Shown: positions 39,685-52,426 of the stretch, in pieces | Layout of the letters: each line of letters starts with the position of its first letter | Position numbering within the stretch: the first letter of the stretch is position 1 | Origin: Octopus vulgaris | Lineage: Eukaryota | Direction: 5' to 3' | Assembly: GCA_951406725.2 (NCBI GenBank) | Contig: OX597833.1 | Coordinates: 48,236,001-48,300,000 of the forward strand | DNA: 64,000 nt | Notes under the pieces: generated by a model | The model's database searches: none | Told to the model about the DNA's origin: nothing | Seen by the model: only the letters and a program-made list of their open reading frames with translations | Program-made: the position numbers and the translations under genes

Positions 39685-40237
39685 CCCTGATGCAGTACCA
39701 GACAGTGGCTCTCATGTCTCCTGATCTTAACTGATTGGAAGTGTTACTATGTACATTGCTTTGTCTTGGTATAAAAGATGGGCTACAGCAAATATTCTGA
39801 TTAATACCACAGATTTGCTTGTCAGTTGTTTGACCATAACCAGCTGAGCATGTCCCTTAGTGGTTGACGATATGTGCATCTCTGACCACGAGCAGAAGTA
39901 GTGGGGGAGCATCATAGCTGTGTGTTGAAAGGAATTCTTAGAGGTTTGGATAATTCATCTTTGGAAACATGGGTGTTTCGTTCAACATCCTTAAACAATC
40001 CTTATTCAGGGACCTTTTGAGCGGGGTGGGTTACTCGACCAGAAGAACATTTTAACTGGGCCCCACCTGCAAGGTCATTTGCTGTTTATCTTGATATGAG
40101 ATCACCATATCACACACATATGGTTGTGATGTATGTGCCTAGTGTATCCTTATTAGACGGGTAGTCATGATGGGCATACTGGGCTTCGTATATTTTACCG
40201 CAGTGTCACTTTGATGGCATGCACTGCTCTCTTACTC
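39683..40237 (+). mobile_element. Non-coding ~550-bp element flanked by (AAT)n. Copies at 38324-39280 (with nested SINE A) and 41473-41990
   Basis: Three same-orientation copies share a 3' end GGCATGC(A/G)CTGCT..CTC(AAT)n and have ragged 5' ends. Confidence 0.8.
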
Positions 40238-40957
40238 AATAATAATAATATTTAAGTAAATAGCATTATCAAGGAGTCAGGCTAGGTAGAAAAGGCCGTG
40301 TGGATTAAAATTAGCCTACAATAATGATCGTCAGGGGCAAAGTTTGCTTACGGCAGCTCATCTTCGATGAGGTACCAAGGTGATTTTTGGGACTTTCTTT
40401 GAGAAAAAGTATTTACTATATGCCATCAATTACGGTGGTATTGTTTTGCTTAAGGGTAAAATATAAGGTTTCTTATCCGTTTAAATATCACAATTTCAAT
40501 TTAATGGAAATGGTTAGCATTAATGTATCAACAGTGTTAGCCAAAAGTCATCCGTCAGTAAATCAAAATTCCATAAATACTTAATATTTAATTTTATTTA
40601 TTCATTTCAATTATGAATGTTTAATAATTGAAGGCTGTGAGTTAAAAACCACCATTTTTTTCCCGACACTTGTCTATTAGCAATGTCTCACATAAAATAA
40701 TGAAAATAAACAAAAAAGCCTCGTGATCGGCAAATCAATTCCAATAGATGGCAGTTTATCTCGAAAAAGAAATGGAGGAATTATCGAAATACAAAGATAT
40801 GGAAATAGAAATAATCCGAAAGAGGAGCTTGAAAACAAAAGCATCGCCCATCCCTATAATAACATGTGCTTTAGGTTTGGTAAAAAAAAATCCTGAAAAA
40901 ATGCAGGCAAATACATAACCAAAACGCCAGGATTTACGAATACACACACACACACAA

Positions 40958-41000
<43 letters not shown>

Positions 41001-41407
41001 AAATACAAAATGGGACAAGAACGCAAAACATCCGGACAGCTAGGTGATACAAAAAAAGGGATGAGAAAACATCCAGATAGACGATACAAAGAAAACAAGG
41101 ACGGGCCATTCGAAGTTTTTTTCTTTCCTCAGTTAAGCACCAGATTATCATCGCAATTTCGGCTGATTATACTTGAGATTGCTCCAATCTGGCCAGCCCC
41201 AAGAAATATATATATATATAACATACAGAAAATAACATTACATAACACTGCACACGTCTTAAACAAAGAGCACTTTCAATATAGTAAAACTTACGATACA
41301 ACCCCCCCCCCCCTCACAGCAATGCGCTGAGTAGTGCAGTGAAAGCACACGATAGAAATACAAAATAAAACTACCGAATAATAATAATAATGATGATGAT
41401 GATGATG

Positions 41408-41472
<65 letters not shown>

Positions 41473-41990
41473 TCTGATCTTAACTGATTGGAATTGTTAT
41501 TATGTACATTGTTTTGTCTTGGTATAAAAGATGGGCTACAGCAAATATTCTGCTCAATACTACAGATTTGCTCGCCAGTTGTTAGACCATAACCAGTTGA
41601 CCAAGTCCCTTAGTGGCTGACGATATGTGCATCTCTGACCACGAGCAGAAGTAGTGGGGGAGCATCATAACCGTGTATTGAAAGGAATTCTTGGAGGTTA
41701 GGATAATTCACCTTTGGAAACACGGGTGGTTCATTCAACATCCTTAAACAATCCTTATTCAGGGACCTTTTGAGCGGGATGGGTTACTTGACCAGAAGAA
41801 AATTCTAACTGGGCCCCACATGCAAGGTCATGCGCTGTTTAACTTGATATGAGATCACCATGTAGCGCACATATGGTTGTGATGCATGTGCTTGGTGTAC
41901 CCTTATCAGACGGGTATCCATGATGGGTATACTGGGCTTCGCATATTTTACCCCAGTGTCACTTTGATGGCATGCACTGCTCTCTCACTC

Positions 41991-42050
<60 letters not shown>

Positions 42051-42287
42051 CTCAAGGTTTAAAACAAACAATTTTTTTTTAGATATCCACTAGTACAACA
42101 CAAAAAAACAACAACCAAAGATATGGCACACTAGGCATAACAACATGAACTTCCAACCTGTTGTCTCTTGAGGTCTCTGGGTGAGACTTGGAGCCAACTT
42201 GTACCAATATATAGCAAAAGTCAAACATAGAATAATAATAATAATAATAATAATAACAACAATAATAATAATAATAACAATAATAAC

Positions 42288-42325
<38 letters not shown>

Positions 42326-42969
42326 TCCTTTCTGTTAAAGGTACAAGGTCTGAAATTCCAGGGGAGGAGACTAGTCAATTACATCGACTCCAGTGCTCAA
42401 CTGGTTCTTATTTCATCGACCCCGAAAGGATGAAAAGCAAAGTCAACCTCAGCGGAATAATAATAATAATAATAATAATAATTTAATAGCCACAAGGTTC
42501 TCTAGACGATGAGGACAATACAAAGGGCAGGGTTACAACAGAGTAAGGGTTTATATTAAATCGTGTAAAAAATAATATAACATTCTAATTTTGGCACAAG
42601 GCCAGCAGTTTTGAATAGTGGAGGCAAGTCGATTACATCGACCCTAGTGCTTAATTAGTACTGATTTTATCTCCCTCGAAAGGATGAAAGGCAAAGTCAA
42701 CCTGGGTGGTATTTGAACTCAGAACATAAAGAGCCGAAAAACATGTCGCTAAGCAATTTGTTCGACGCGCTAACATTTCTGCGTGCTCGCCGTTTGAAAA
42801 AAAAAAAGAAATAAAAACGAGATAAAAAATATATCAACAAAGAAAAGTCCCGAAAAGTGTGTGTGTGTGTGTGAGCTACCTAGAGTTAGTCAAGTGATAC
42901 GCAAATCCCGAATCATCCCGAATATAAAAAAACGAATAAAATAAAATGTTTATCAATATGGTGACTTAC

Positions 42970-43869
42970 TTGCATATCTGCTAAACTTCCTTCTTCGACC
43001 CAGTCCACTGATATTGGAGTATTTTCGTCTATTCCACCTTTTAGGGACATACCTAAACTACAGTTTCCACTTTGGCGTACCAAATGAACAAGATGTGTCC
43101 TTTTCCCGTGTTCTCCAGGATTATTCGACATTTTACTAATAGTTAAACCTTTATCTTCGTAGACTGTTACTTCATCCTTCTTATAACGAATTCCGTTGTT
43201 GTAATTACGACCTGATGACCTCCTCGAATCCGTTCTTAAATCTGCTTCCTGCCAGTTTCTCATGTTGTTATAATCTTCAAACTTTCTATGTGATTTTGGT
43301 GAAATATTATTATCTAAGAAGACACTCTCAACGGCGTCATCGAATTCATCGTAAGATTTATTGCTGTTGTGCATTGATGAGGATCGATTACTGCTCCGTA
43401 AATCAGGAGAACGGTTTATGATAAGCTTCTTCAAGTTACCTTGTGATACGATACGTGTTTTACCTGACGAGTCCTGGGCGATGACACGTGATCTCTCAGT
43501 CCGTGGCAACGTACCTGGACGACAAGCCTGAAGTGCTTGACTATAATTGGCAAATTCCAGTGAGCAAATACGATGATAGTCGTCTGAGAGATGGTTTGGT
43601 ACAAGGTAACTCATTTCCACTAGTAAGACAAGACGTTCAGATGTGTTAATAAGTGGTTTTAAACGGGTACATAACATCGGTACCGAGTGATTACGTTGAA
43701 ATTCTGTGAAAAAATATTTGAATTGTTTGTTTTCATTATCACCAAGCAATTTTTGTGAAAGCTGCCACAAAACTAATTCCGAATGACCTTTTTCCATGAT
43801 TCGTGTTGAATATAATGTTTTCTTAGAGTATCTCTGAAATTTCTTTTTTAAATAACTGATTAATTTGAT
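42970..43869 (-). CDS. Whirlin/PDZD7/harmonin-like scaffold, large coding exon: harmonin-N-like (HHD) domain, Ser/Asn-rich linker, first half of PDZ1
   Basis: Poly-T/CAG acceptor at 43870-43872 and GTAAGT donor at 42969; 900 nt open; in-frame ATG at 43797. The peptide LWQLSQKLLGDNENKQFKYFFTEFQRNHSVPMLCTRLKPLINTSERLVLLVEMSYLVP resembles the whirlin HHD. LVHLVRQSGNCSLGMSLKGG..ISVDWVEEGSLADMQ is a PDZ start with a GLGF-like loop. Confidence 0.9.
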
Positions 43870-44358
43870 CTGAAAAAAAAAAAAAAAAAAAAGAAACAAA
43901 AAAAAAATTAAAATAGAAAAGATATACAGAAAAAAAAAATTAAAAGAAAATCTAATGTTAATTACATTTTTTTCTTGGGAAACATTTCTTCTCAAACATT
44001 AACCCACCATCAATTTATTCAGTATACACACTCCACCAAAAAAAACAAAACAAAACAAAACAAACAAACAAAGAAAATTCGTACCCTAGTTTGAATCATT
44101 TTCTTGAACATCAACAGATTCATGGAGGGAATGTGTGTTTTATATTACGGATGTACGCCAAGACCCCGAGGCGGACTAACTAGTCTTTTTAGTTATGTCC
44201 GTTTTATCTCTTAATACCACCCATATCCTCTTCAATGTTTAATTAATTTCAATTGCATTTGTTTGTTATGCCAGTGTTACTGGCTCATCTACTCTTAACA
44301 GTTACGTATTTAAAAATGAGGATAGCAACCACCATCACCCTTTCAACGCACACGTATC

Positions 44359-44427
<69 letters not shown>

Positions 44428-45724
44428 TCTGCTTTGGATGATGATATAAATATAACACCAAAATATTTATTATCATTTACATAGTTCTTCTCAATAAAGT
44501 CCTTATCTCAACAATAGCTAGGTCAGTTCTGAAGAAGATCTGGTTATGAAAATGAGCGGCCGCCATGTTGTATTAATGTCTATGAAACTATGAGCATAGA
44601 AATGCCACCTGTAAGCTTGATTGTGGTTTCATATTGTTTAGTGGTTATGATTTAAATATCAATGGAATCGTTTGTTTGACGGCTGTAAGGAGAAACTCTA
44701 TTGATGAAGCTGCGCTATGGACGCCTAGTTACTAAGAAATTTTTTCATGCGACCGAGTTTCAGTATCAGTTTGTTTTGTTTAGAATTTTATTGTAGTAAT
44801 ATAATAAAATAATAAAATAACAAATATGATTCAGTTTCTTTTACCGGCTGAGGAGACTGATTTTGTATCTTCAGACGAAATATGCATTGCTTTCATTCAG
44901 AAGATCCGTTTAAAACTGGATAAAAGAACCAGAAATTTAACACTCGAAAATGCAGTCAAATTGAGAGGGCAGAGGCAAAACAAAATCTAAGCGATGCATT
45001 CTCTTCACTCACCTCCAACCATGGATTGCTTCTCATTTTATTGCCATACCAACGGGAGACATAAAGTAGGCAGAACGAATATTGTAGGGAAACAGGAGAG
45101 GATGAAGTAATCGACGTGTAGCTCTTTCCAGCGAGGACGCTGAAGATGACGAAATATTAGATCAATAAACGCTGCTATAGAAAACCGTGGTGAACTTTGC
45201 CATCTTCATTGAATGTGTTGCGGATTGGTTCAAACTTATTAGAGAATTCTGAGTGAAGAAGTTGAGTGCGGTTGGACCAAGAGTCCAAAAGCTAATCGTC
45301 TCCAGATGCGATGCATCGTTCATTGTTTGTGTTTCAGATTAATGACCCAGTTATGCGTATTAAGAAGAAATAAAATCGATGACGGATGCTTCTGGGAGAT
45401 TAAAGACTCACAGAAGACAAAAAATAGATCAACCAATGTGAACGAAACTGTAATAGCAGTGTCGGCCATCAGCTTAACTCTTGTCGGCGAATCGTTTGTG
45501 TACAGATACTTGGCGCTGCAATGGGCATTTGGTGTTGCAGTGTGCCAGCTCTAAGAAAGCAGTAATTACAGAACTTTAGACTCTTGCTTCTTGAGGTTCA
45601 CTAGTGCAATGTCAATACCTTGCCAACTGCCTAAGTTACAAAAAGATTGCACCCGGTAACGTGGTTTGGCCTGATTTGTGGGGTACGTATGGCAAATTAG
45701 AAAAGAATGTGGCCTTTAGAATTT

Positions 45725-46018
45725 TGTTTGTTTTGTTTGTTCCTTCTCGAGCCATGCCTGGCTCATAAGGGCCGGTCCCCCGGTTTCTTGGCGTATAGGT
45801 TCTCCACCTGGACGGGTCGCAGGTGAGCTGCAAGATGCAGGAGGAAAGAGTGAGAGAAAGTTGTGGCGAAAGAGTCAGCAGAAGTTTCACCATTACCTTC
45901 TGCCGGAGCCGCGTGGAGCTTAGGTGTTTTCGCTCACACATCAGTCGGCCTGAGATTCGAACTCGCGATCCCTCGACCGCGAGTCTGCTGCTCTAACCAT
46001 TAGGCCATGTGCCTCCAC
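45725..46018 (-). mobile_element. tRNA-derived SINE (fourth family); truncated head also at 18458-18494
   Basis: GGAGGCACATGGCCTAATGGTTAGAGC..GAGTTCGAATCTC (A and B boxes), (AAAC)n tail. Confidence 0.75.
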
Positions 46019-46486
46019 GCTTTAGAATTTCGCTGTTGGTCACAGTATTTTAGTGATCCCGCCTCCAGAAGAAGGCTAAAGACAGACGGCTAAAGAAGGC
46101 TAAACCCCAACGAACCCAGGGCAGATGAAGTTTGCACAAATTTGAAGAAGAAGAAGAAGAGAGAGAGAGAGAGAGAATGGGATTGGCTCTGCACAAAACA
46201 TGTTCACTATAATTATAAACCCCTAATGCTTTGTTGGGTGTGATTTACAGAGCGTTCAAAAAAGTTTAAGGAAGCAAATCCCAACAGAATATTTGGTGGG
46301 AGGGACCCTAAGACAAATACGAACAGTCGTACTTAACCAATATTTGACATCCTCTGCAGCTCCATGGATGCCGCGAATATTTTAACTTGTCTTACCTTCG
46401 TGGCGTATCCATGTGTGGAGAGGTGGTAAGTGTACTTGGGGCTCAGCACTTGCTTCTGGAAACAGCTCATGTTCAGCAGAGGTGCT

Positions 46487-46910
46487 GGATCTTTTCGGTT
46501 TGAACGGCAGTTTTTAACATAATTTCTAGGTAACTAAAAAATGTTAAACTTCGTATACTGGTAGAATGTGCTTATAAAGCATCTTTTTCTCTTGGCTTTA
46601 TTGAGAACATTCTATAGTTTGTAAGATATTTGTTCTTTTTTTTCTTCAATTTCAACCAATCAATGACGTCTATTGAGGTAAAAAAACATTCTGTGTCGTA
46701 TGACTATGTCCCTTGTTTAAGAAACAGATTGGGTTTATTTACATTTGTGAAAAAAAAAGATACCCTTCACCCCACATCTAACCCTAACCCTAATTATCCC
46801 TAACCCTAAAACAGATTGAAATGCAATAGATCGATACTAGGGTCATAATCATGAGTGACAATTTCATATGACACCGCTAGAAAAAACTGCCGTTCAAACC
46901 GAAAAGATCC
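46487..46910. mobile_element. Merlin-like MITE with CCCTAA repeats
   Basis: ~28-bp TIRs; TSD (G/A)AGGTGCT. Confidence 0.88.
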
Positions 46911-48519
46911 AAGGTGCTTAAGTTACTGTCTCTACAATAACATCCACTGACCGACGAAAATGTCAAGTGAAAGTGATCCCACCTCTGAAACTCGTACTTG
47001 AAACATTGTGCTAGAGCAGGGTACCATGGACGTAAGAATGATACGGATCATGAAGGTAATAAACGGGGGATTTGTTCAAAATATACTCGGCAAAATACTG
47101 GTAGAAATCGAGATAAGTCTGAAGATACAAAATCAGTCTCCTCAGCCGGCAAAAGAAAGGCGGCGAGCTGGCAGAAACGTTAGCACGCCGGGCGAAATGC
47201 TTAGCGGTATTTCGTCCTTGTGAACGTTCTGGGTTCAAATTCCACCGAGGTCGACTTTACCTTTCATCTTTTTGAGGTCGATTAAATAAGTACCAGTTAC
47301 GCACTGGGGTCGATGTAATCGACTTAATACCTATGTCTGTCCTTGTTTGTCCCCTCTAATTTTAGCCCCTTGTGGGTAGTAAAGAAATAGGTATTTCGTC
47401 CTTGTGAACGTTCTGGGTTAAAATTCCGCCGAGGTCGACTTTGCCTTTCATCCTTTTGAGGTCGATTAAATAAGTACCAGTTACGCACTGGGGTCGATAT
47501 AATCGACTTAATCCGTTTGTCTGTTCTTGTTTGTCCCCTCTATGTTTTGCCCCTTGTGGGTAATAAAGAAATAGGTATTTCGTCCTTGTGAACGTTCTGG
47601 TTTCAAATTCCGCCGAGGTCGACTTTGCCTTTCATCCTTTTGAAGTCGATTAAATAAGTACCAGTATAATTGACTTAATCCGTTTGTCTGTCCTTGTTTG
47701 TTCCCTCTATGTGTGTAGCCCCTTGTGGGCAGTAAAGAAATAAGAAATCGAAATAAGTTTCCATGGGTAAGGCAAATTTCTACGAAAGATTCGACTCTCT
47801 GTAAACTCGCTCTTGCGATTCACTTAATAACCTGATAAGTATTTTAGTTATGAGAAATTTCTTTTCCGTTATTCAACATCCGGTTGTTGAAAGAAAGCGA
47901 ACAATCTCTCTTCTTCAACTGTTGGTTGTCAACAACAAATGAAATAATTTTTCAAACTTTCCTCGTTGTTTGGTTATTTAAAGTTCGGCCATTGAAAAAT
48001 ATTGGATAATTTACTTTAAAAAATGCTTTATCTTTTATTTTATTACTTGTTTCAGTTGTTGGATTGCAGCCATGCAGGGGCACGGCCTTGAAGGGTTTAG
48101 TCGAACAGATCGACTCTGCCTGCAAATTGGTATTGGCTTACTTACCTCACCGTAGCCTAGCGGTTCAGCAAAGGTGACCAATAGAATAAGTACCATAGAA
48201 ATAACAAAGTACTGGAGTCGATTTGTTTGACCAAACCCATCAAGGCGGTACTTCGATTTAGCCGCAATCTTATAAGTGAAACAATCAAACGATAAAAGGT
48301 GACATAAAATATAAAAATATAAGTTTAAGAAGCAGGCAGAACAAATATTGTAGGGAAACAGGAGACGATGAAGTAATCGACAGACAGAAGCAACTAATGC
48401 AGTAAGTAATGAAAATCGACCAACAGTCAAATAAGTTTTAGAAAAAAAATATAATTATGTAATTGACAACCAGAACGAGAATTATTACTGATATAGCTAA
48501 AGAAAAGCGATCGCATTAC

Positions 48520-49409
48520 AATTATTAAGAAACAAAAAATACCTGAGTAAAAATCAGATGACAACTCAGACATAATAGCAAAGCTGAACAATAACAAGAA
48601 TAACAAACGAATTGGAAAATGAAACAACTACAACCATAAGCAACAATTTAACAAAACAATATTCAGAAACTGGTCATTGAAAACAATACTTATGCACAAA
48701 AAATAAAGCCACTCCAAAGAGTGTGTGCGTGTGTGTTCGTTCTTTTGCGTATATACACAAACGCTTGGATTTTCACACATGTTGTTTAGAAATTTCTCCT
48801 GAAATCATTGCTGCAGCGAAAATTATTCCCACGTTCGAGTGTACATGAATGTGTTAAAAAGTTTTGTACATGCATGTATTTGCATATAGTTTATTCGACG
48901 CTGCTACATATACGTTTTATCTTTTACTTGTTTCAGTTGTTAGAGTACGGCTATGTTGGGGAATGACCTTGAAGTAATTATTTTTCTTAAAAGTCTAGTA
49001 CTTATTCTATCGGTCTCTTTTGCCGAAACGAGGACGTAAACACACGAATACTGGCTGACAAGCAGTAATGGGCTCAAACACAGACACAAAGACACACATA
49101 CAGACACAAAGACACAAATACAGACACAAAGACACAAATACAGACACACACATATGCTTATATATATATATAGATACAGTCACACACATATGCTTATATA
49201 TATATAGATCGATAAATGGTGGGGTTGTGTTGACCGCACGTGGAGAAATGATAAGCAAGGAAAAATTGTAAAAATGCAGAATGCTAAATTGAAAGAAAAT
49301 TTTAATGAAATGAGAAATTGAAAAAATATATATTTATATGTTTTTTCAATTTCTCATTTCATTAAAATTTTCTTTCAATTTAGCATTCTGCATTTTTACA
49401 ATTTTTCCT

Positions 49410-49464
<55 letters not shown>

Positions 49465-49953
49465 GCATATATGGGCACAGGATGTCACCAATGGTAAACA
49501 ACACGAAATACGAAAATAAATAAGTTCGATACGCAAAAAACGAAACAAATGGAAAACAGGACAACTAACACAAAGAACGACCCTTCATCAGTTGTCGGCT
49601 GTCTACATGCATGTACAAAGATTCTTAACACATTCATGTACACTCGAACGTGGGAATAATTTTCGCTGCAGGAGAAATTTCTAAACAACATGAGTGAAAA
49701 TCCATGCGTGTGTATATATACGCAAAAGCACGAACACACACAAACACACACACTCTTTGGAGTGGCCTTATTTTTTGTGCATAAGTATTGTTTTCAATGA
49801 CCATTTTTTAAATATTGTTTTGTTAAATTGTTGCTTATGGTTGTAGTTGTTTCATTTTCCAATTCGTTTGTTATTCTTGTTATTGTTCAGCTTTGCTATT
49901 ATGTCTGAGTTGTCATCTGATTTTTACTCAGGTATTTTTTGTTTCTTAATAAT
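48520..49953. repeat. Large inverted duplication (~350-bp arms) enclosing a near-perfect ~156-bp palindrome (49256-49411)
   Basis: 48520-48878 is the reverse complement of 49604-49953, also visible as twin ORFs MFHFPIRLLFLL on opposite strands. Confidence 0.9.
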
Positions 49954-50045
49954 TCCGAGAATTGAACGACAATGTATTTTGGTTTTGTGGAGGGTCAAAG
50001 TTGGGAACGGAAACAGGGCAGTGGAGACATACAAGGAAACCGAAC

Positions 50046-50117
<72 letters not shown>

Positions 50118-50637
50118 ACACAGATAAGAAAAGAAATGGAGCAACAATTAACAATTAGAAGTTCTAATTGTTAATTGTTGCTCTATTTCTTTTCTTATCT
50201 GAATATATTAAACCACGGTTTACCATTTAAATTACCAACTGTTGTTAACCATATAGCAAGAACTATACATAGTGAGGTAATACACCAGTAGTGCCTACGG
50301 ATACATTTATCTCTTAGACGGTTGCATAACCTCTAACTCATAATTTATATATAACCCTGGGTTCAATAATTTATATTTATATTGAATTCATAATTTATAC
50401 AAAACCCTGGATTCAACAACACTGTGTATAAACTCTATACTTAGAATGACTAATTTTAAATTCTATTATGTTTTACTCATAAGGTATTGGAATCTTGTAT
50501 GTATATCATTCTGCCTTAAAAAATGGATCTACAAATGCAATATCCCTACATATCTCACATCTATCTTCTTTTACTTCCTCAACCTCACTCTCTATTTTAT
50601 ATCTTATCTAAATTAACTATTTCTTAACCATTACACA

Positions 50638-50686
50638 ATCTCTTATGAAGGGATATAATAAATGTCCCGGAAACAGCTGTAAAACC
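50638..50686 (+). ncRNA. Degenerate hammerhead of the same family as 15278-15332
   Basis: CTTATGA-agGGATAT(aataa)ATGTCCcg-GAAA-CAGCTG-TA; the downstream ~40 nt also match the 15241 copy. Confidence 0.55.
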
Positions 50687-51846
50687 TATCTATAAATGTT
50701 CTAAAATCTACACAGACTTGGTTTTTTTTTTTATCTCAATACAAAATAAAATTTATATATATAGATATACTCTGTGTGTGCGTGTATTTTTTTTTCCACT
50801 TGAAGATACTGGTTTCAAATTTTGGCACAAGCAAGTAATTTTGAGAGACGGGGTAAGTCGATTGTGTCAACTCCAGCCATCAACTGACACTTATTTCATT
50901 GACTCCGTACGGATGAAAGGTCATATTAAAGGTAAAGTTGACACCAGCGGAATTTGAACTCAGAACGTAAAGACGGTTAAAGTGCCGCTAGGTACTTTAC
51001 CCGGCGTGCTAACGATTCTTATTTCTTTACTACCCACAAGGGGTTAAACACAGAGAGAGGACAAACAAGGACAGACAAATGGATTAAGTCGATTATATCA
51101 ACACCAGTGCGTAACTGGTACTTATTTAATCGACCCCGAAAGGATGAAAGACAAAGTCGACCTCGGCGGAATTTGAACTCGGAACGTAAAGACAGACGAA
51201 ATACCTATTTCTTTACTACCCACAAGGGGCTAAACACAGAGGGAACAAACAAGGACAGACAAACGGATGATTAAGTCGATTATATCGACCCCAGTGCGTA
51301 ACTGGTACTTATTTAATCGACCTCGAAAGGATGAAAGGCAAAGTCGACCTCGGTGGAATTTGAACTCAGAACGTAGCAACAGGCGAAATACGGCTACGTA
51401 CTTTGCCCGACGTGCTAACGACTCTGCCAGTTCGAAGCCTTAATTTTTCATCTGAAAATATTGGTTTCAAATTTTGCACACGGTCAACAAGTTCGCGGGG
51501 AGGCAGTGAGTCGATTACATCAACTCCAATGTTCAACTGGTACTTATTTTATCGACCTCGGAAAGATGAAAGGTAAAGTCGACTTCGGCAGCATTTGAAC
51601 ACGACATGCTGCTTATTGTTTTGCCCGGCGGCCGAGCGATTCTGCCTTAATTTTCACCTGAAAATATTGACTGTTAATTCTTCTGAATATCTCCAGAGCA
51701 GCATAAAAAGCTTCATAAAGTTTGTTTACATTGACCTTTAAATTTCCATAAAATGATAATGAATTTCTTGAACAATGTCCGTGGTCACAATTCTCATTTC
51801 CCTGGTGTGACGTGCGTGACAAAAAAATGGACGTAACATTTTGAAG

Positions 51847-52023
51847 TACAGTTTCTATATTTAAGAGATGAGGAATTATGTACATTATTTACATTTGACG
51901 GATATTTGCCCTCATCTTGTTTGTTGTTAACAACGTTTCGGCTGATATACCCTCCAGCCTTCATCAGGTGTCTTGGGGGAAATTTCGAACCTGGGTTCTC
52001 ATTCCTAACGTATTTTTCGATTA

Positions 52024-52090
<67 letters not shown>

Positions 52091-52426
52091 CATTATTATT
52101 CAGGTCACTGCCTGGAATCGAACTCGGAATCTTGGGGTTAGTAGCCTGCGCTCTTACCCACGGGCATATGGCGTAGTTGTTAAGAGCACAAGTTACTAAC
52201 CCCAAGATTCCAAGTTAGATTCCATGTAGTGACCTGAATAATAACAACAACAACAACAACAACAACAACAATAATAATATCGAAAAATACCTTAGGAATG
52301 AGAACCTAGGTCCGAAATTTCCCCAAGGCACCTGATGAAGGCTGGAAGGTATATCAGCCGAAACGTTGTGTTAACAACAAACAATATGAGGACAAATATC
52401 CGTCAAATATAAACAATGTAAATAAT
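51847..52426. mobile_element. Inverted dimer of a tRNA-headed, hammerhead-tailed retroelement with 14-bp TSD
   Basis: TSD GTAACATTTTGAAG (51833-51846 and 52427-52440); head-to-head tRNA-like heads around 52160; (TTA)n and (AAC/AAT)n spacers; hammerheads on both arms. Confidence 0.8.
52327..52372 (+). ncRNA. Minimal type-I hammerhead ribozyme (mirror copy at 51927-51972, minus strand)
   Basis: GGCAC-CTGATGA-aGGCTG(gaaggtatat)CAGCC-GAAA-CG-TT-GTGTT; palindromic stem III AACGTT. Confidence 0.72.

Noticed and set aside
41100-41195. Hammerhead-like pieces on the minus strand (GGCTG/CAGCC-GAAA-TTGCGAT; CTGAGGA..CGAA)
   Set aside because: The core halves are not in the correct order, or are incomplete; cannot be called a ribozyme.
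45945-46018. tRNA-like sequences (also at 52100-52235 and in SINE heads)
   Set aside because: Acceptor stems are broken and they run into SINE bodies; not functional tRNA genes.
46395-46440. Alternative strong donor AAG/GTAAGA upstream of the large exon
   Set aside because: No further evidence for an exon; such motifs occur by chance.
49570-49600. CTGATGAAGGG on the minus strand; CTGACGA at ~38494 and ~41616; CTGATGAAAC at 53591
   Set aside because: No matching stem II-GAAA-UH arrangement found.
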